The position numbers were made by a program, and so were the translations under genes. Under the pieces are notes generated by a model. It saw nothing but the letters and a program-made list of their open reading frames with translations. It was not told the DNA's origin and searched no databases. From positions 461 to 64,460 of the forward strand of contig WQSG01000001.1 of assembly GCA_009788055.1 (NCBI GenBank): a stretch of 64,000 nucleotides of DNA, read 5' to 3'. This stretch comes from Defluviitaleaceae bacterium. Its GTDB lineage: Bacteria; Bacillota; Clostridia; Lachnospirales; WQUN01. Of the stretch, positions 9,172-18,830 are shown one piece after another (positions within the stretch are counted from its first letter, which is position 1; every line of letters starts with the position of its first letter).

Positions 9172-10062
9172 CTACATATTATTGGATTGCAAATTTGCCC
9201 AAGCCATATCAAGGGCGGCTGTGACGCCGCGTTGGTTTAGATTGTTGAAAAAAATATCCGCAAAATCATTGGCCTGTTCCGCGTGGCTCGGTCTTGAGCC
9301 ATCGGGTAATGCATTTTCTATCCGTGCGGATTCTGCAAAAAAATTGATTAGCAAATGTCTGAAAGCATCTTCAAGCGGGCGCATATGCCCTTGCCCCCGC
9401 ACATTACTGCGCACCGCATCAAAACTATCCGCCAACGCTCTAAGCCCGTCAAGATTTCCTAAGATACCATCCGCGCTGTAAAGGTTGTTATCTTCCGGCG
9501 GTTTAATTTCCCGCAACGCTGATACAATTTGGTGCATAAAATCCAATTTTCGGATGGTTGGTTGGTCTATGCCCGACGCGCCCCTTGACGGGTCAATCCG
9601 CACAAAAGAATCTCGTTGGCTGTGGTGCGAATAATGTTCGTTGAGAATGTAAATGCCGCTAACGCGCATTATTGCAGTAAACGGTTGCCCATTGTTTGCT
9701 GTGGACAGCAAACCGCCAAGCAAATTGTGCGTACTTTCTGCGGCGATGAGTTCTCGCTCTCTGCTTGCTTGCGCCGCCAACCATTCGTTTGCTTGTGTAT
9801 CCGTCCATCCGGGAAAATTTCCATCATTATCGCGGAAAGGAATCCCCGTCCACTCCATAGAAAGTGCTTGCCGCTCATAATCGGTTGCGGCGGAATTCCA
9901 TAATGCCCGCCTTTGGGCGGCGAGTTCTCTTGCTTCATCACTTATAACCACTCTGTCCATTTGCATAACAGCGGCTCTGCGTTCGGCAGACCTTGCGGTG
10001 CTTGCGGATTTTGCGGGCTGATATTGGTTTGCGTTTTGCTGATATGTCATCTTGTTAATCAC
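9172..10062 (-). CDS. hypothetical protein (about 296 aa) with FlgM-like N-terminal motif
   Basis: GTG at 10062 lies 7 nt after GGGAGG; the alternative is ATG at 10050. The segment MDRVVISDEARELAAQ resembles the D-x-V-x-I/L-S-x-E-A motif of anti-sigma-28 FlgM. The rest is unrecognised. Confidence 0.55.
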   Translation of the reverse strand: MINKMTYQQNANQYQPAKSASTARSAERRAAVMQMDRVVISDEARELAAQRRALWNSAATDYERQALSMEWTGIPFRDNDGNFPGWTDTQANEWLAAQASRERELIAAESTHNLLGGLLSTANNGQPFTAIMRVSGIYILNEHYSHHSQRDSFVRIDPSRGASGIDQPTIRKLDFMHQIVSALREIKPPEDNNLYSADGILGNLDGLRALADSFDAVRSNVRGQGHMRPLEDAFRHLLINFFAESARIENALPDGSRPSHAEQANDFADIFFNNLNQRGVTAALDMAWANLQSNNM

Positions 10063-10159
10063 GAAAATTCCTCCCATCAATATTTATATCGGCACAAATT
10101 CAAAAAAATATAAGACTTTTTCTTATATTTTGAGTATACTATGTTTGAGGAGGTGCGAA

Positions 10160-10678
10160 ATGTATCTTGTGATTTTTGGCGTTGGGGCGGCGTTTATTGT
10201 TTTGTCGCTTCTTGTGGGCGAATTTGTGGAAGTGGAAATGGACGTTGAGGGGTTTTCTCTGGGTTCGTTTTTGCGGCCGACGCTTATTGCAATTTTTTTG
10301 GTTGTGACGGGCGGAATGGGATTGCTTATCGCGCCGCGTGTGGAATTTGTGGGCGGTGGCGGTCTTGTTTTGTTTGTTTGCGCCGTAAGCGGGCTTTTGG
10401 TTGCGGGTTTGGTAAACCGCTTCATATTAATACCCATGCACCGCGCACAAAACACCAGCACGTTTAACAAGCAAGACACCGTTGGCACTTCGGCAGAAGT
10501 AATTTCGCCAATCCCGCAGGGCGGGTACGGTAAAATCCGCTATAACATAAGCGGCTCGTATGTAACAAGCCCCGCAAAAAGCGAAGACGGAAACCCCGTC
10601 CCTCGCGGGGAAAACGTAGAAATAATTTATATAGAAAAAAACACGTACTTTGTGCGTAAGGAGGCAAAAAATGTTTGA
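10160..10678 (+). CDS. NfeD-family membrane protein (flotillin partner)
   Basis: ATG at 10160 after GAGGAGGTG. Three to four TM segments, then an OB-fold-like tail (GTSAEVISPIPQGGYGKIRY..GENVEIIYIEKNTYFVRK). The stop overlaps the flotillin gene start by 8 nt. Confidence 0.7.
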   Translation: MYLVIFGVGAAFIVLSLLVGEFVEVEMDVEGFSLGSFLRPTLIAIFLVVTGGMGLLIAPRVEFVGGGGLVLFVCAVSGLLVAGLVNRFILIPMHRAQNTSTFNKQDTVGTSAEVISPIPQGGYGKIRYNISGSYVTSPAKSEDGNPVPRGENVEIIYIEKNTYFVRKEAKNV

Positions 10679-12110
10679 AGGTATTTTAATTTCGGGGATT
10701 GTTGGCTTGATTTTTCTTGCCATACTAATCATGTTTTTGTTGTGGAAACGGATTCCGCAAAACAAAGCGGCGGTTGTAACGGGTTTGCGAAAGCGGATAA
10801 TTTCCGGCGGCGGCGGGCTGGTTGTGCCGCTGTTTGAACGGTACGACATTATCTCGCTGGAGAACATTAAAATTCCGCTGGATATCGACAATGCGATTTC
10901 CAGCCAAGGTGTGCCCGTTACGGTAAAGTCGGTTGCGGTGGTTAAGGTTAAGTCGGACAAAGAATCTATTTATTCTGCGGTGGAACAGTTTTTCCGCGGC
11001 GCGACAGAAAAAACGTCCATGGAAATCGCAACGCAGTCCAGCTATGTATTGGTGGGTAAGCTCCGCGAAATCATAGCGAAAATGACGGTTGAAGAAATCT
11101 ATCAGGACAAAGACAAATTTTCCAGCGAAGTTCAGGAAAACGCGGCAATCGCCCTTGCGGAAATGGGTCTGGAAATCAAGGCCTTCACGGTAATGTCCAT
11201 AGAAGACATTAACGGCTATTTGCAAGCCCTTGGTCGCAAGCGTATTTCCGAAGTAAAACGCGACGCGCAAATTGCGGAAGCCGATGCGGAACGCGAAACC
11301 GTTGTAAAAACCGCCGAGGCAACGCGCCTTGGTGCGGAAGCAAAACTTCGTGCCGAAACGCAGGTTGCGGAAGCCACAAAGGAAAAGGAACTGAAGGTTC
11401 AGGCATACCGCCGCGAGCAAGAATCCGCAAAGGCTATCGCAGACAATGCCTACCAAATTGAAGAAAACAAAGTGAAAAAAGAAGTAACGGAAACAGAACT
11501 TCAAGTTGAACTTCTGCGCCGCCAACGGGAAACGGAACTTGCGGAACAAGAAGCAAAACGTATGGAAAAAGAACTTGAAGCAACAATAAACAAACAGGCA
11601 GACGCAGAGCGTTACCGTCAAGAACGCCTTGCGGAAGCAAAAAAATTCCAGCACGAAGCCAACGCACAGGCAGAAGCCACAGCCATCAAGCTGGACGGTC
11701 AAGCCCGCGCCGAAGCTATCCGCCTTCAAGGTCAAGCCGAAGCGGAAGCCATCCAAGCAAAAGGTCTTGCGGAAGCCGAAGCCATGATGAAAAAAGCCGA
11801 GGCGTTCAAGCAATACAATGACGCCGCCGTTATCCAAATGCTAATCGAACGCTTGCCCGAAATTGCCAAAAACGTAGCTGCACCCCTTTCCCAAACGGAA
11901 AAAATCGTTGTTGTGGACAATGGCGGCGGCGCAGGCGGCGGGAAATCCGGCGCGGCAAAAGTTGCAGGCTACGTAACAGACATAATAGCCCAACTGCCCG
12001 AAACCGTTGAAGCCCTCACAGGCGTAGACCTAATCGACGTACTAAAAACCGCAACGGCGGGCAATCCGGAAATCGCAAAAGTTGTTGAAGCCGTAGCGAA
12101 AAAAGAATAG
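10671..12110 (+). CDS. flotillin-like SPFH domain protein
   Basis: ATG at 10671 after AAGGAGG. N-terminal TM, an SPFH domain, and a long A/E/K/Q-rich coiled coil (AEADAERETVVKTAEATRLGAEAKLRAE...). Confidence 0.85.
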   Translation: MFEGILISGIVGLIFLAILIMFLLWKRIPQNKAAVVTGLRKRIISGGGGLVVPLFERYDIISLENIKIPLDIDNAISSQGVPVTVKSVAVVKVKSDKESIYSAVEQFFRGATEKTSMEIATQSSYVLVGKLREIIAKMTVEEIYQDKDKFSSEVQENAAIALAEMGLEIKAFTVMSIEDINGYLQALGRKRISEVKRDAQIAEADAERETVVKTAEATRLGAEAKLRAETQVAEATKEKELKVQAYRREQESAKAIADNAYQIEENKVKKEVTETELQVELLRRQRETELAEQEAKRMEKELEATINKQADAERYRQERLAEAKKFQHEANAQAEATAIKLDGQARAEAIRLQGQAEAEAIQAKGLAEAEAMMKKAEAFKQYNDAAVIQMLIERLPEIAKNVAAPLSQTEKIVVVDNGGGAGGGKSGAAKVAGYVTDIIAQLPETVEALTGVDLIDVLKTATAGNPEIAKVVEAVAKKE

Positions 12111-12132
12111 ACCTGTTCTGCCGTTTGGTTCT

Positions 12133-12168
12133 AACGCCCTGTTTATCGCAGGGCGTTATTTCTTTTTC
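12133..12168 (+). terminator. intrinsic terminator after flotillin gene
   Basis: AACGCCCTG-tttatcg-CAGGGCGTT followed by ATTTCTTTTT. It overlaps the 3' end of the convergent gene. Confidence 0.5.
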
Positions 12169-13187
12169 CACCCATTCAGCAAAATAACAATAATTTTGAA
12201 CAGCCCGAGGAAACCGAAAATGGGGTAGACGAAGATAACGATATTTGAGAAGCCGATATGTGCGGCAAGAACGCCGAGGATGCACAAGACGGCGGCGGCT
12301 TTGACTTTATTTTTGTAGCCGCGGCCTTCCAGCCATTGCAGAACGGCGAAAGCGTTGCAGGCGGCGGTGGTGAGGAGCGCGGATATCAGCACGGTCAAAT
12401 ATAAAATGCTGAAAAGATTGCCGTAACCGGATGCGATATGTAAAAACGGGATTTCAAGCGAGATTATATCGGCGTAGTACAGGAACAGCGGCAGTGACAT
12501 CGCAAGCCCAAGGATGGTTATTACGCCGCCGCCGAGAAGGCCGCCTATGAGCGTGTCGCGTTTGGTTTCGGCAAGTTTAGACGTTGCCGCAAGAACGGGT
12601 ACGCCCGTTACCAAATTGTATGAACCATACACAACTGCGGATAGCAACCACGCTAGCCCAAAGCGTCCGCCGAAGGACGCAAACACGGGTGCGGTGTACG
12701 CAAGAAAACTGTAAATGCCTATGAAAATTCCGCCAAGAAGCATAAGCGGCGCGAGAAACAAATTCACTTTAACTATGCCGTCCAAACCGAAACACAGTAT
12801 TGCGAAAACAATCAGGCCAACCAACAACGCGCCCGCACTAAACGGCAAGTAAAACGCCTGATACGCCGTTGCGCCCGCACCCGCAAGCATCGCGGTAAAC
12901 AGACAAAACAGAAAACCCGCAACAAGCCCTTCCATAATCGGGCCCAGCCTGTCGCCAAGCAAGTGCCGCATTAGTCCGCCATAGCTTGAAATTTCTTCGC
13001 GGCGGCAAATGGAAAGCACCGCCCAACCCACAAGCGCGAACAGCACCCCCGATACAATAAGCCCCCACATTCCGATTCGTCCAAAGCCTACAAAATACTG
13101 TATCAATTCCCGTCCGGACGCAAACCCTGCCCCAAGAAAAACAGAACCATACACCACGGCAATTTTTAATCCATTATCCAGCTTCAT
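12156..13187 (-). CDS. YkvI-like polytopic membrane protein (putative transporter)
   Basis: ATG at 13187 lies 9 nt after GGAGGTG. MKLDNGLKIAVVYGSVFLGAGFASGRELIQYF resembles the YkvI family N-terminus. About 10 TM segments. Confidence 0.55.
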   Translation of the reverse strand: MKLDNGLKIAVVYGSVFLGAGFASGRELIQYFVGFGRIGMWGLIVSGVLFALVGWAVLSICRREEISSYGGLMRHLLGDRLGPIMEGLVAGFLFCLFTAMLAGAGATAYQAFYLPFSAGALLVGLIVFAILCFGLDGIVKVNLFLAPLMLLGGIFIGIYSFLAYTAPVFASFGGRFGLAWLLSAVVYGSYNLVTGVPVLAATSKLAETKRDTLIGGLLGGGVITILGLAMSLPLFLYYADIISLEIPFLHIASGYGNLFSILYLTVLISALLTTAACNAFAVLQWLEGRGYKNKVKAAAVLCILGVLAAHIGFSNIVIFVYPIFGFLGLFKIIVILLNGWKKK

Positions 13188-13264
13188 ATATGTAACACCT
13201 CCGTTAAAACTATATGGGGGTTTGTTCGACAATATGATAAAATATTACGGAAAGGAGTAGTCCA

Positions 13265-13870
13265 ATGCATACGAAAATAAAAATTTGCGGGCTTACGCGC
13301 CTTTGCGATATCGAAGCGGTGAACGCGGCAAAGCCCGATTACGTCGGGTTTGTTTTTGCGCAAAGTCGTCGGCGCGTTACGGCGGAACAAGCGCGGCAAT
13401 TACGCGCCGCGCTACACACCGATATCATTCCCGTTGGCGTTTTTGTGAATGAAACCGCAGAAAATATACTTTCACTTGTGCGCGGCGGCGTGATAAACTG
13501 TATACAACTGCATGGTACAGAGGACGAAAACTTTATACGCGAAATCAAATGCGAAACCAGCGCACCCATTATAAAAGCCGTCCCGATACAAAAACACGGC
13601 GATGCACAGGCGCACGAAAACTCTCTTGCAGACTATCTTCTCCTTGACCACAAGGGCGGCGGAACGGGCAACACCTTCGACTGGAGTCTGATAGGCACAT
13701 TGCAAAAACCATTCTTTCTTGCGGGCGGGTTGAATCCGCAAAATATCGCCGCCGCTATTCAAACGCTAAACCCCTTCGCCGCAGACGTTAGCACGGGCGT
13801 GGAAACTTCCCCCGGAATAAAAAACGCGGAGAAGATAAAAATTTTCATGGAAAATTCAAAAAGGAGCTGA
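13265..13870 (+). CDS. trpF: phosphoribosylanthranilate isomerase
   Basis: MHTKIKICGLTR..DYVGFVF..SRR, QLHG, and a C-terminal GGL..DVSTGVE motif. Confidence 0.85.
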   Translation: MHTKIKICGLTRLCDIEAVNAAKPDYVGFVFAQSRRRVTAEQARQLRAALHTDIIPVGVFVNETAENILSLVRGGVINCIQLHGTEDENFIREIKCETSAPIIKAVPIQKHGDAQAHENSLADYLLLDHKGGGTGNTFDWSLIGTLQKPFFLAGGLNPQNIAAAIQTLNPFAADVSTGVETSPGIKNAEKIKIFMENSKRS

Positions 13871-13873
13871 ATA

Positions 13874-15058
13874 ATGAAAAACGGTAAATTTGGAGAATAT
13901 GGCGGGCAGTATGTAGCCGAAACGGTAATGAGCAGTTTGAAAGAGCTGGAAAAAGCGTATGAGCATTACAAGAATGACGCGGCGTTTAAAGCGGAGTTGA
14001 AGGACTTGCTGGACAACTATGCGGGCAGACCTTCGGGGCTGTACTACGCGGCGAAGATGACGGCGGACTTGGGCGGCGCGAAAATTTATTTAAAGCGCGA
14101 GGACTTGAACCATACGGGTTCGCACAAAATAAACAATGTGCTGGGGCAAGCATTGCTTGCGAAAAAAATGGGCAAGGCGCGGGTGATTGCGGAAACGGGC
14201 GCGGGGCAGCATGGTGTTGCGTCTGCGACGGCGGCGGCACTGTTGGGGCTTAAATGTGAGGTTTTCATGGGGAAAGAGGATACGGAGCGGCAGGCACTAA
14301 ATGTGTTTCGCATGGAAATGCTCGGCGCGAAGGTTCACCCCGTTACAAGCGGCACAATGACGCTGAAGGACGCGGTAAACGAGACGCTTCGCGAATGGGC
14401 TTCACGATTGGACGACACGCATTATATTGTAGGTTCTGTTGTTGGGCCGCATCCGTTCCCCGTGATGGTTCGGGATTTTCAAAAAATAATCGGTGAAGAA
14501 ATTAAGGCGCAAATGCTGGAAGCGGAAGGCAAATTGCCGGACGTTGTTATTGCGTGTGTCGGCGGCGGTTCAAACGCCATAGGCGCGTTTTACGATTTCA
14601 TAGAGGATAAGGAAGTCCGCTTAATTGCTTGCGAAGCGGCGGGGCACGGCGTAGATACACCAAAACACGCCGCCACCATGACAAACGGAACCGTGGGCAT
14701 TTTGCACGGAATGAAAACATATTTCTGCCAAGATGTGTACGGGCAAATTACGCCTGTGCATTCCATTTCGGCAGGGCTGGACTATCCGGGTATCGGGCCG
14801 GAACACGCGTATCTTTCGGACACGCACCGCGCAGAATACGTCCCCGTTACAGATGACGAAGCCGTTGAAGCATTCAACTATCTGTCGCGGACGGAGGGAA
14901 TTATTCCCGCAATCGAAAGTGCCCACGCCATTGCATATGCCCGCAAAATTGCGGGTGCGCTGGGTGCGGACAAAACCATAGTGATAAATCTTTCGGGGCG
15001 CGGAGACAAAGACGTGGCAAGCATAGCGCGATACATGGGGGTAAAAATTGATGAATAG
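13874..15058 (+). CDS. trpB: tryptophan synthase beta chain
   Basis: [20 protein letters not shown] (PLP lysine), GAGQHG and GGGSNAIG motifs. Confidence 0.95.
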   Translation: MKNGKFGEYGGQYVAETVMSSLKELEKAYEHYKNDAAFKAELKDLLDNYAGRPSGLYYAAKMTADLGGAKIYLKREDLNHTGSHKINNVLGQALLAKKMGKARVIAETGAGQHGVASATAAALLGLKCEVFMGKEDTERQALNVFRMEMLGAKVHPVTSGTMTLKDAVNETLREWASRLDDTHYIVGSVVGPHPFPVMVRDFQKIIGEEIKAQMLEAEGKLPDVVIACVGGGSNAIGAFYDFIEDKEVRLIACEAAGHGVDTPKHAATMTNGTVGILHGMKTYFCQDVYGQITPVHSISAGLDYPGIGPEHAYLSDTHRAEYVPVTDDEAVEAFNYLSRTEGIIPAIESAHAIAYARKIAGALGADKTIVINLSGRGDKDVASIARYMGVKIDE

Positions 15059-15833
15059 AATTGCGGAAGCATTTAAGGGCAAAAAAGCACTAATTGCATT
15101 TTTGATGGGCGGCGACCCCGATATTTGCACAACGGAAAAACTAATCATCGCAATGGCGGAAGCGGGCGTTGATATTTTTGAAATAGGCATCCCGTTTTCC
15201 GACCCCGCCGCAGACGGCCCGGTTATTCAGGCGGCAAGCGTTCGCGCGCTGGAAAAAGGCTGTACGGCGGATGATTTGCTTAACATGGTACAACGTGTGC
15301 GCGAAAAAATTTCAACGCCAATAGTTTTTCTCACATATGCCAATTCGATTTTTGCATACGGAAAAGAACGCTTCATGGAGCGTTGTCGCGACTGCGGCGT
15401 GGACGGCGTGGTTGTGCCGGATATCCCCCACGAAGAGCGCGGCGAACTTTCGGACGCCTGCGAGAAATTCGGCATAACGCAAATCGCGCTGGTCGCGCCA
15501 ACCTCCGAAGAGCGCGTAGAAAAAATCGCCCGCAACGCCGAAGGCTTCATCTACTGCGTGTCCACCTTGGGCGTAACGGGGATTCGTGACGAAATCCGCA
15601 CAAACATCACCGCGACAATTTCAAAAGTGCGCAATGTTTCTCAAATCCCGTGCGCTGTGGGCTTCGGCATTTCCACGCCCGAACAAGCCCGCGATATGGC
15701 TTCCGTTTCCGACGGCGCGATAATCGGCTCTGCCATCGTGAAAATAATCGGCGAATACGGCGCGGAATCCGTCGAGCCTGTCCGTCAATATATTTCTCGT
15801 GTTAGGTCAGAAATGGATGTAATTCAAAAATAA
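15048..15833 (+). CDS. trpA: tryptophan synthase alpha chain
   Basis: 11-nt overlap with trpB. Motifs [22 protein letters not shown] and GFGIS. Confidence 0.9.
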   Translation: MMNRIAEAFKGKKALIAFLMGGDPDICTTEKLIIAMAEAGVDIFEIGIPFSDPAADGPVIQAASVRALEKGCTADDLLNMVQRVREKISTPIVFLTYANSIFAYGKERFMERCRDCGVDGVVVPDIPHEERGELSDACEKFGITQIALVAPTSEERVEKIARNAEGFIYCVSTLGVTGIRDEIRTNITATISKVRNVSQIPCAVGFGISTPEQARDMASVSDGAIIGSAIVKIIGEYGAESVEPVRQYISRVRSEMDVIQK

Positions 15834-17026
15834 AACGCCAAAAAATCCACCGTGCCGTAAAAATTTAGAAGCAACCCAAAAAGAAACGGCGCGAAATTAA
15901 GGTATACGCGGTTGTCCTGCGGGATATTTTTCATGATAAACAGCAAGCCCAAGAAAACCGCCGCCAAAGTGTCAACGGTATATCTCGCGCCAAACTGATG
16001 CCCGCCCAGCGTCAAATGCGAAGAAAACGCAAGAAGGTGCAACGCGATTAAAACGGGCAACGCAAAAATAAGACAGGTTTCAAGGGTTGGTTTTGCACCC
16101 TTGAAGCCGTACATAAAAAGATACACCGCATAACTTACAAAAATCGGAGACGCGACCCAAAACGCAAAGCCGTGAAACATTGGCGAATCTGTCAGGTTAA
16201 AATTGAACAGCATACGGCGCAAATTGTCGGGCATACTGCTTAGCTGAAATTTGTCCACATAGTCAAACTCGGGCAGAAAATTGTGGCCAAATTCAAAAAT
16301 ACTGCCGAAGCGCGTAAAATTAAGCCACATAAAAAACGCGCCCAACACAAACGCAGGAGCGGCATAAACAAAAATCTTTTTTGCAAACGGAACGAACTCG
16401 CCTTCTTCCCGCATAAAAATAAGCCACAGCACAACGGGTACATAAAAAATGTTAAACGGGCGACAACCCATTGCGGCGCACATTGCAAACAGCGAGATAA
16501 ACGAGTGCTTTTTGTTTGGCGTAAGCGCGTAATAAAACGCCATAAGCGTAAGCAAAAACGCTAAATTTTGCGCGATATACCACACCGCACCCCACAGCGC
16601 GATGTGCAAATAGTTTGTACCAAGCACAAGAAACAGGCTTATAAAAACCGCATGGGCTTTGTTCGCCAGCAACAAATTTGCAATTTTGTATGCGTAAACA
16701 AGCGACAGCAACGAAACCGCAAGCGCGATAACGTGGTCGGGCGTGGTTATGCCGAAAGCAAGCACAAACGGCAACATCACAACAGAAGGAAACGGCGGAA
16801 AGCTAATGTAATACCGCCCTTGAAACCGTGCGATTTCCAGCCACGGGATATCCTCCGCAAGATGGAGATAGCCCTCCAACCACCTCGCCGCCTGCCGCGA
16901 ATACGAATTGTACCAATTCACCGCAAGCGGATTAAATTCTCCCGCGAAAATATAAATCAGGCCGTACACAATTCCCGCGGCACCCAAAATAATTATGTAT
17001 GGCAAAAAATTATTCTTGAAAATCAT
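15824..17026 (-). CDS. polytopic GT-C-type (ArnT/PMT-like) membrane glycosyltransferase, tentative
   Basis: About 12 TM segments with an aromatic-rich composition typical of family 39/83 glycosyltransferases. The start at 17026 (MIFKNNF) is chosen over the upstream in-frame Mets. The family call rests on weak similarity only. Confidence 0.45.
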   Translation of the reverse strand: MIFKNNFLPYIIILGAAGIVYGLIYIFAGEFNPLAVNWYNSYSRQAARWLEGYLHLAEDIPWLEIARFQGRYYISFPPFPSVVMLPFVLAFGITTPDHVIALAVSLLSLVYAYKIANLLLANKAHAVFISLFLVLGTNYLHIALWGAVWYIAQNLAFLLTLMAFYYALTPNKKHSFISLFAMCAAMGCRPFNIFYVPVVLWLIFMREEGEFVPFAKKIFVYAAPAFVLGAFFMWLNFTRFGSIFEFGHNFLPEFDYVDKFQLSSMPDNLRRMLFNFNLTDSPMFHGFAFWVASPIFVSYAVYLFMYGFKGAKPTLETCLIFALPVLIALHLLAFSSHLTLGGHQFGARYTVDTLAAVFLGLLFIMKNIPQDNRVYLNFAPFLFGLLLNFYGTVDFLAFYF

Positions 17027-17145
17027 ACAATCACCCATCGGCATTATAAAATATTTTGCCCGTCTTGAAAAGTCGCGGGAATAAAAACCGCACACGTCTC
17101 ATACATTTTTTACATGACAAGAAATATCTGAGAGGACGCGCTAAG

Positions 17146-17571
17146 ATGGGTGGAGCAAGAATTTTTGTATTACATAAGAAGGATTTAATCCGCATGGGGA
17201 TAATAGCACTTGTTGCCTTGGTGCTGATAGTTGCGGCATTGATTTTCCTTGTTTCGGGAGGAAGAAGCGAGCCGGACGCGGCGGCACGTTTTATACCCGG
17301 CACATATTCGTCAACGATTTTGCTGTACAACGAGCCGCTGCACGTTCGCGTGACGGTTAGCGAAAACGAAATCCTGTCCATATACATGACAGATATGGCA
17401 GACATTCACAGAACCTTCTACCCGCTTTTCGAGCCGCGCATGGCAGACCTTGCACAAGAAGTTCTGCGATACCAGTCCGCCTACATCAATCCCCGCACCG
17501 ATTATCCCGTAACAACCGCGATTCTACACAACGCCGTAAGACACGCGCTGGAGATGGCGTATGCGGAGTAA
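17146..17571 (+). CDS. hypothetical N-terminally anchored protein (141 aa)
   Basis: One TM segment (MGIIALVALVLIVAALIFLV) followed by a soluble domain. The start is ambiguous (17146 or 17194). Confidence 0.5.
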   Translation: MGGARIFVLHKKDLIRMGIIALVALVLIVAALIFLVSGGRSEPDAAARFIPGTYSSTILLYNEPLHVRVTVSENEILSIYMTDMADIHRTFYPLFEPRMADLAQEVLRYQSAYINPRTDYPVTTAILHNAVRHALEMAYAE

Positions 17572-17573
17572 GG

Positions 17574-17670
17574 AAGTTCTCGGGGCTCTGCCCCGAACCC
17601 CGCAAACTTTTTGAAAAAAGTTTGAACAAAAACTTCAATTTAAAAACCGCGCAAAATTCGCGCGGTTTTT
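17574..17670. repeat. MITE-like structured repeat, left half (copy E1-L)
   Basis: AAGTTCTCGGGGCTCTGCCCCGAACCCC + CAAACTTTTTGAAAAAAGTTTG + AAAAACCGCGCaaaattGCGCGGTTTTT. It starts 3 nt after the stop codon at 17571. Confidence 0.85.
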
Positions 17671-17673
17671 GTG

Positions 17674-17844
17674 TTATTCAAAGAGTTCGGAGAGTAGTGG
17701 TGTGATTTTTTCTTCAATGCTGTTTTCAATTTCGTCAAACGCGGACAGTGTTTTTTCGGGCAGTTGGAACAGCCCGTTGTTTGCGGTTTGCGGCTTATAC
17801 AAAAGCTGCAATATTTTATTTCTAAACCTTACGTAATTCCACAT
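17674..17844 (-). CDS. possible small ORF (56 aa) lying between the two halves of repeat E1
   Basis: MWNYVRFRNKILQLLYKPQTANNGLFQLPEKTLSAFDEIENSIEEKITPLLSELFE, with GGGGTGA 4 nt upstream of the ATG. It is below the ORF-track cutoff and has no recognisable family. Confidence 0.25.
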   Translation of the reverse strand: MWNYVRFRNKILQLLYKPQTANNGLFQLPEKTLSAFDEIENSIEEKITPLLSELFE

Positions 17845-17860
17845 AAAATCACCCCGAAAA

Positions 17861-17934
17861 AATTAAAGTTTTTTTGAAGAGGGGGTTTGGGGGAGAAACT
17901 TTTTTCTTAAAAAAAGTTTCTCCCCCAAGGTCTT
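17861..17934. repeat. MITE-like structured repeat, right half (copy E1-R)
   Basis: AATTAAAGTTTTTTTGAAGAGGGGGTTTGGGGGAGAAAC..GTTTCTCCCCCAAGGTCT. Its reverse complement closely matches the in-CDS copy at 43225-43305. Confidence 0.85.
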
Positions 17935-17959
17935 ATCTCTCTATCACCAGTATATGCAA

Positions 17960-18589
17960 TTACCGTAATTCTGCTTCCAGCCTGTAGATTGGGCCGTGTG
18001 CAGAGAATTTTTCTTCGTATTCGGTCATGATGTTTTCGGGGAAGTTGGAGGCGTGGAGGTCTAGGGAGATGTTTTTGACCAGCCAGTTTTTGCGGCTGAA
18101 ACTCTCGAGGGAGGACTCGAAGAGGACGCGGTTATCGGTTTTGAAAAAGATTTCGGGTATTTTAAGTTTTTCGTAAAGTTCCAAAAAAGTATCGTAGGTA
18201 AGGCGGCGTTTTGCCCACTTTTTTTTGCGACTCCACGGGTCGCAGAAGTTGATGTACAGGCGCGAAATTTCGCCCGACTTGATGAACTCAAGGCCATCGT
18301 TTACATCCGCCACAACGAATGCGATAGAGCCTGCGGCTTTTTCTTCTGCGCGTCGGGCGGCGGTTGCAAGTATGGTTTCGTCGCGCTCTACGGCAACAAA
18401 ATTGATATCGGGTTCTCGCCGCGATGTTTCGATTATAAAACGCCCCTTGCCGCAACCAATCTCTAAATGGATGGGTTTGCCGTCGTTAAAATATTCTGTT
18501 AGCCGCCCGAAATATTCGCTTTCGTTGCGCAAAATGCGGGGGTTGTTTTCCAGCTCTCCCGCAGACCATTTCTTTTTTCTCGTTCTCAT
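17960..18589 (-). CDS. trmB: tRNA (guanine46-N7)-methyltransferase
   Basis: HLEIGCGKGRF (SAM motif), INFCDPWSRKKKWAKRRL, and a typical length of 209 aa. Confidence 0.85.
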   Translation of the reverse strand: MRTRKKKWSAGELENNPRILRNESEYFGRLTEYFNDGKPIHLEIGCGKGRFIIETSRREPDINFVAVERDETILATAARRAEEKAAGSIAFVVADVNDGLEFIKSGEISRLYINFCDPWSRKKKWAKRRLTYDTFLELYEKLKIPEIFFKTDNRVLFESSLESFSRKNWLVKNISLDLHASNFPENIMTEYEEKFSAHGPIYRLEAELR

Positions 18590-18758
18590 ATACTTGCTCC
18601 AATCTGTTTCAGGAAGTGTTCATACTACAGGAAAAAAATCGCGGTAAGTATAGCATTTTTGCAGAAAATGTCAATTTCCAGCACTTGTGTTGTCAAGGTA
18701 GTTTCTGAAAGGCGGTAAGCACTATGCTATTCAAATTACGCATATTCATAATTACGTA

Positions 18759-18787
18759 TTGACATAAATTAAATGCCGTGATATTAT
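18759..18787 (+). promoter_or_regulatory. sigma-A type promoter TTGACA-17-TATTAT with flanking TTACG repeats
   Basis: TTGACA at 18759-18764, a 17-nt spacer, and TATTAT at 18782-18787. AATTACGCAT / AATTACGTAT direct repeats lie upstream, and the near-palindrome TTACGTTCGAGCGTAA lies just downstream. Confidence 0.5.
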
Positions 18788-18830
18788 GTATTTACGTTCG
18801 AGCGTAATATCATAATTCAAGGAGGTTTCT

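Noticed and set aside
10725-11837. 370-aa minus-strand ORF opposite the flotillin gene.
   Set aside because: Its low-complexity F/C/L/R-rich translation is a by-product of the A/E/K/Q coiled-coil coding strand. The flotillin frame has clear family motifs.
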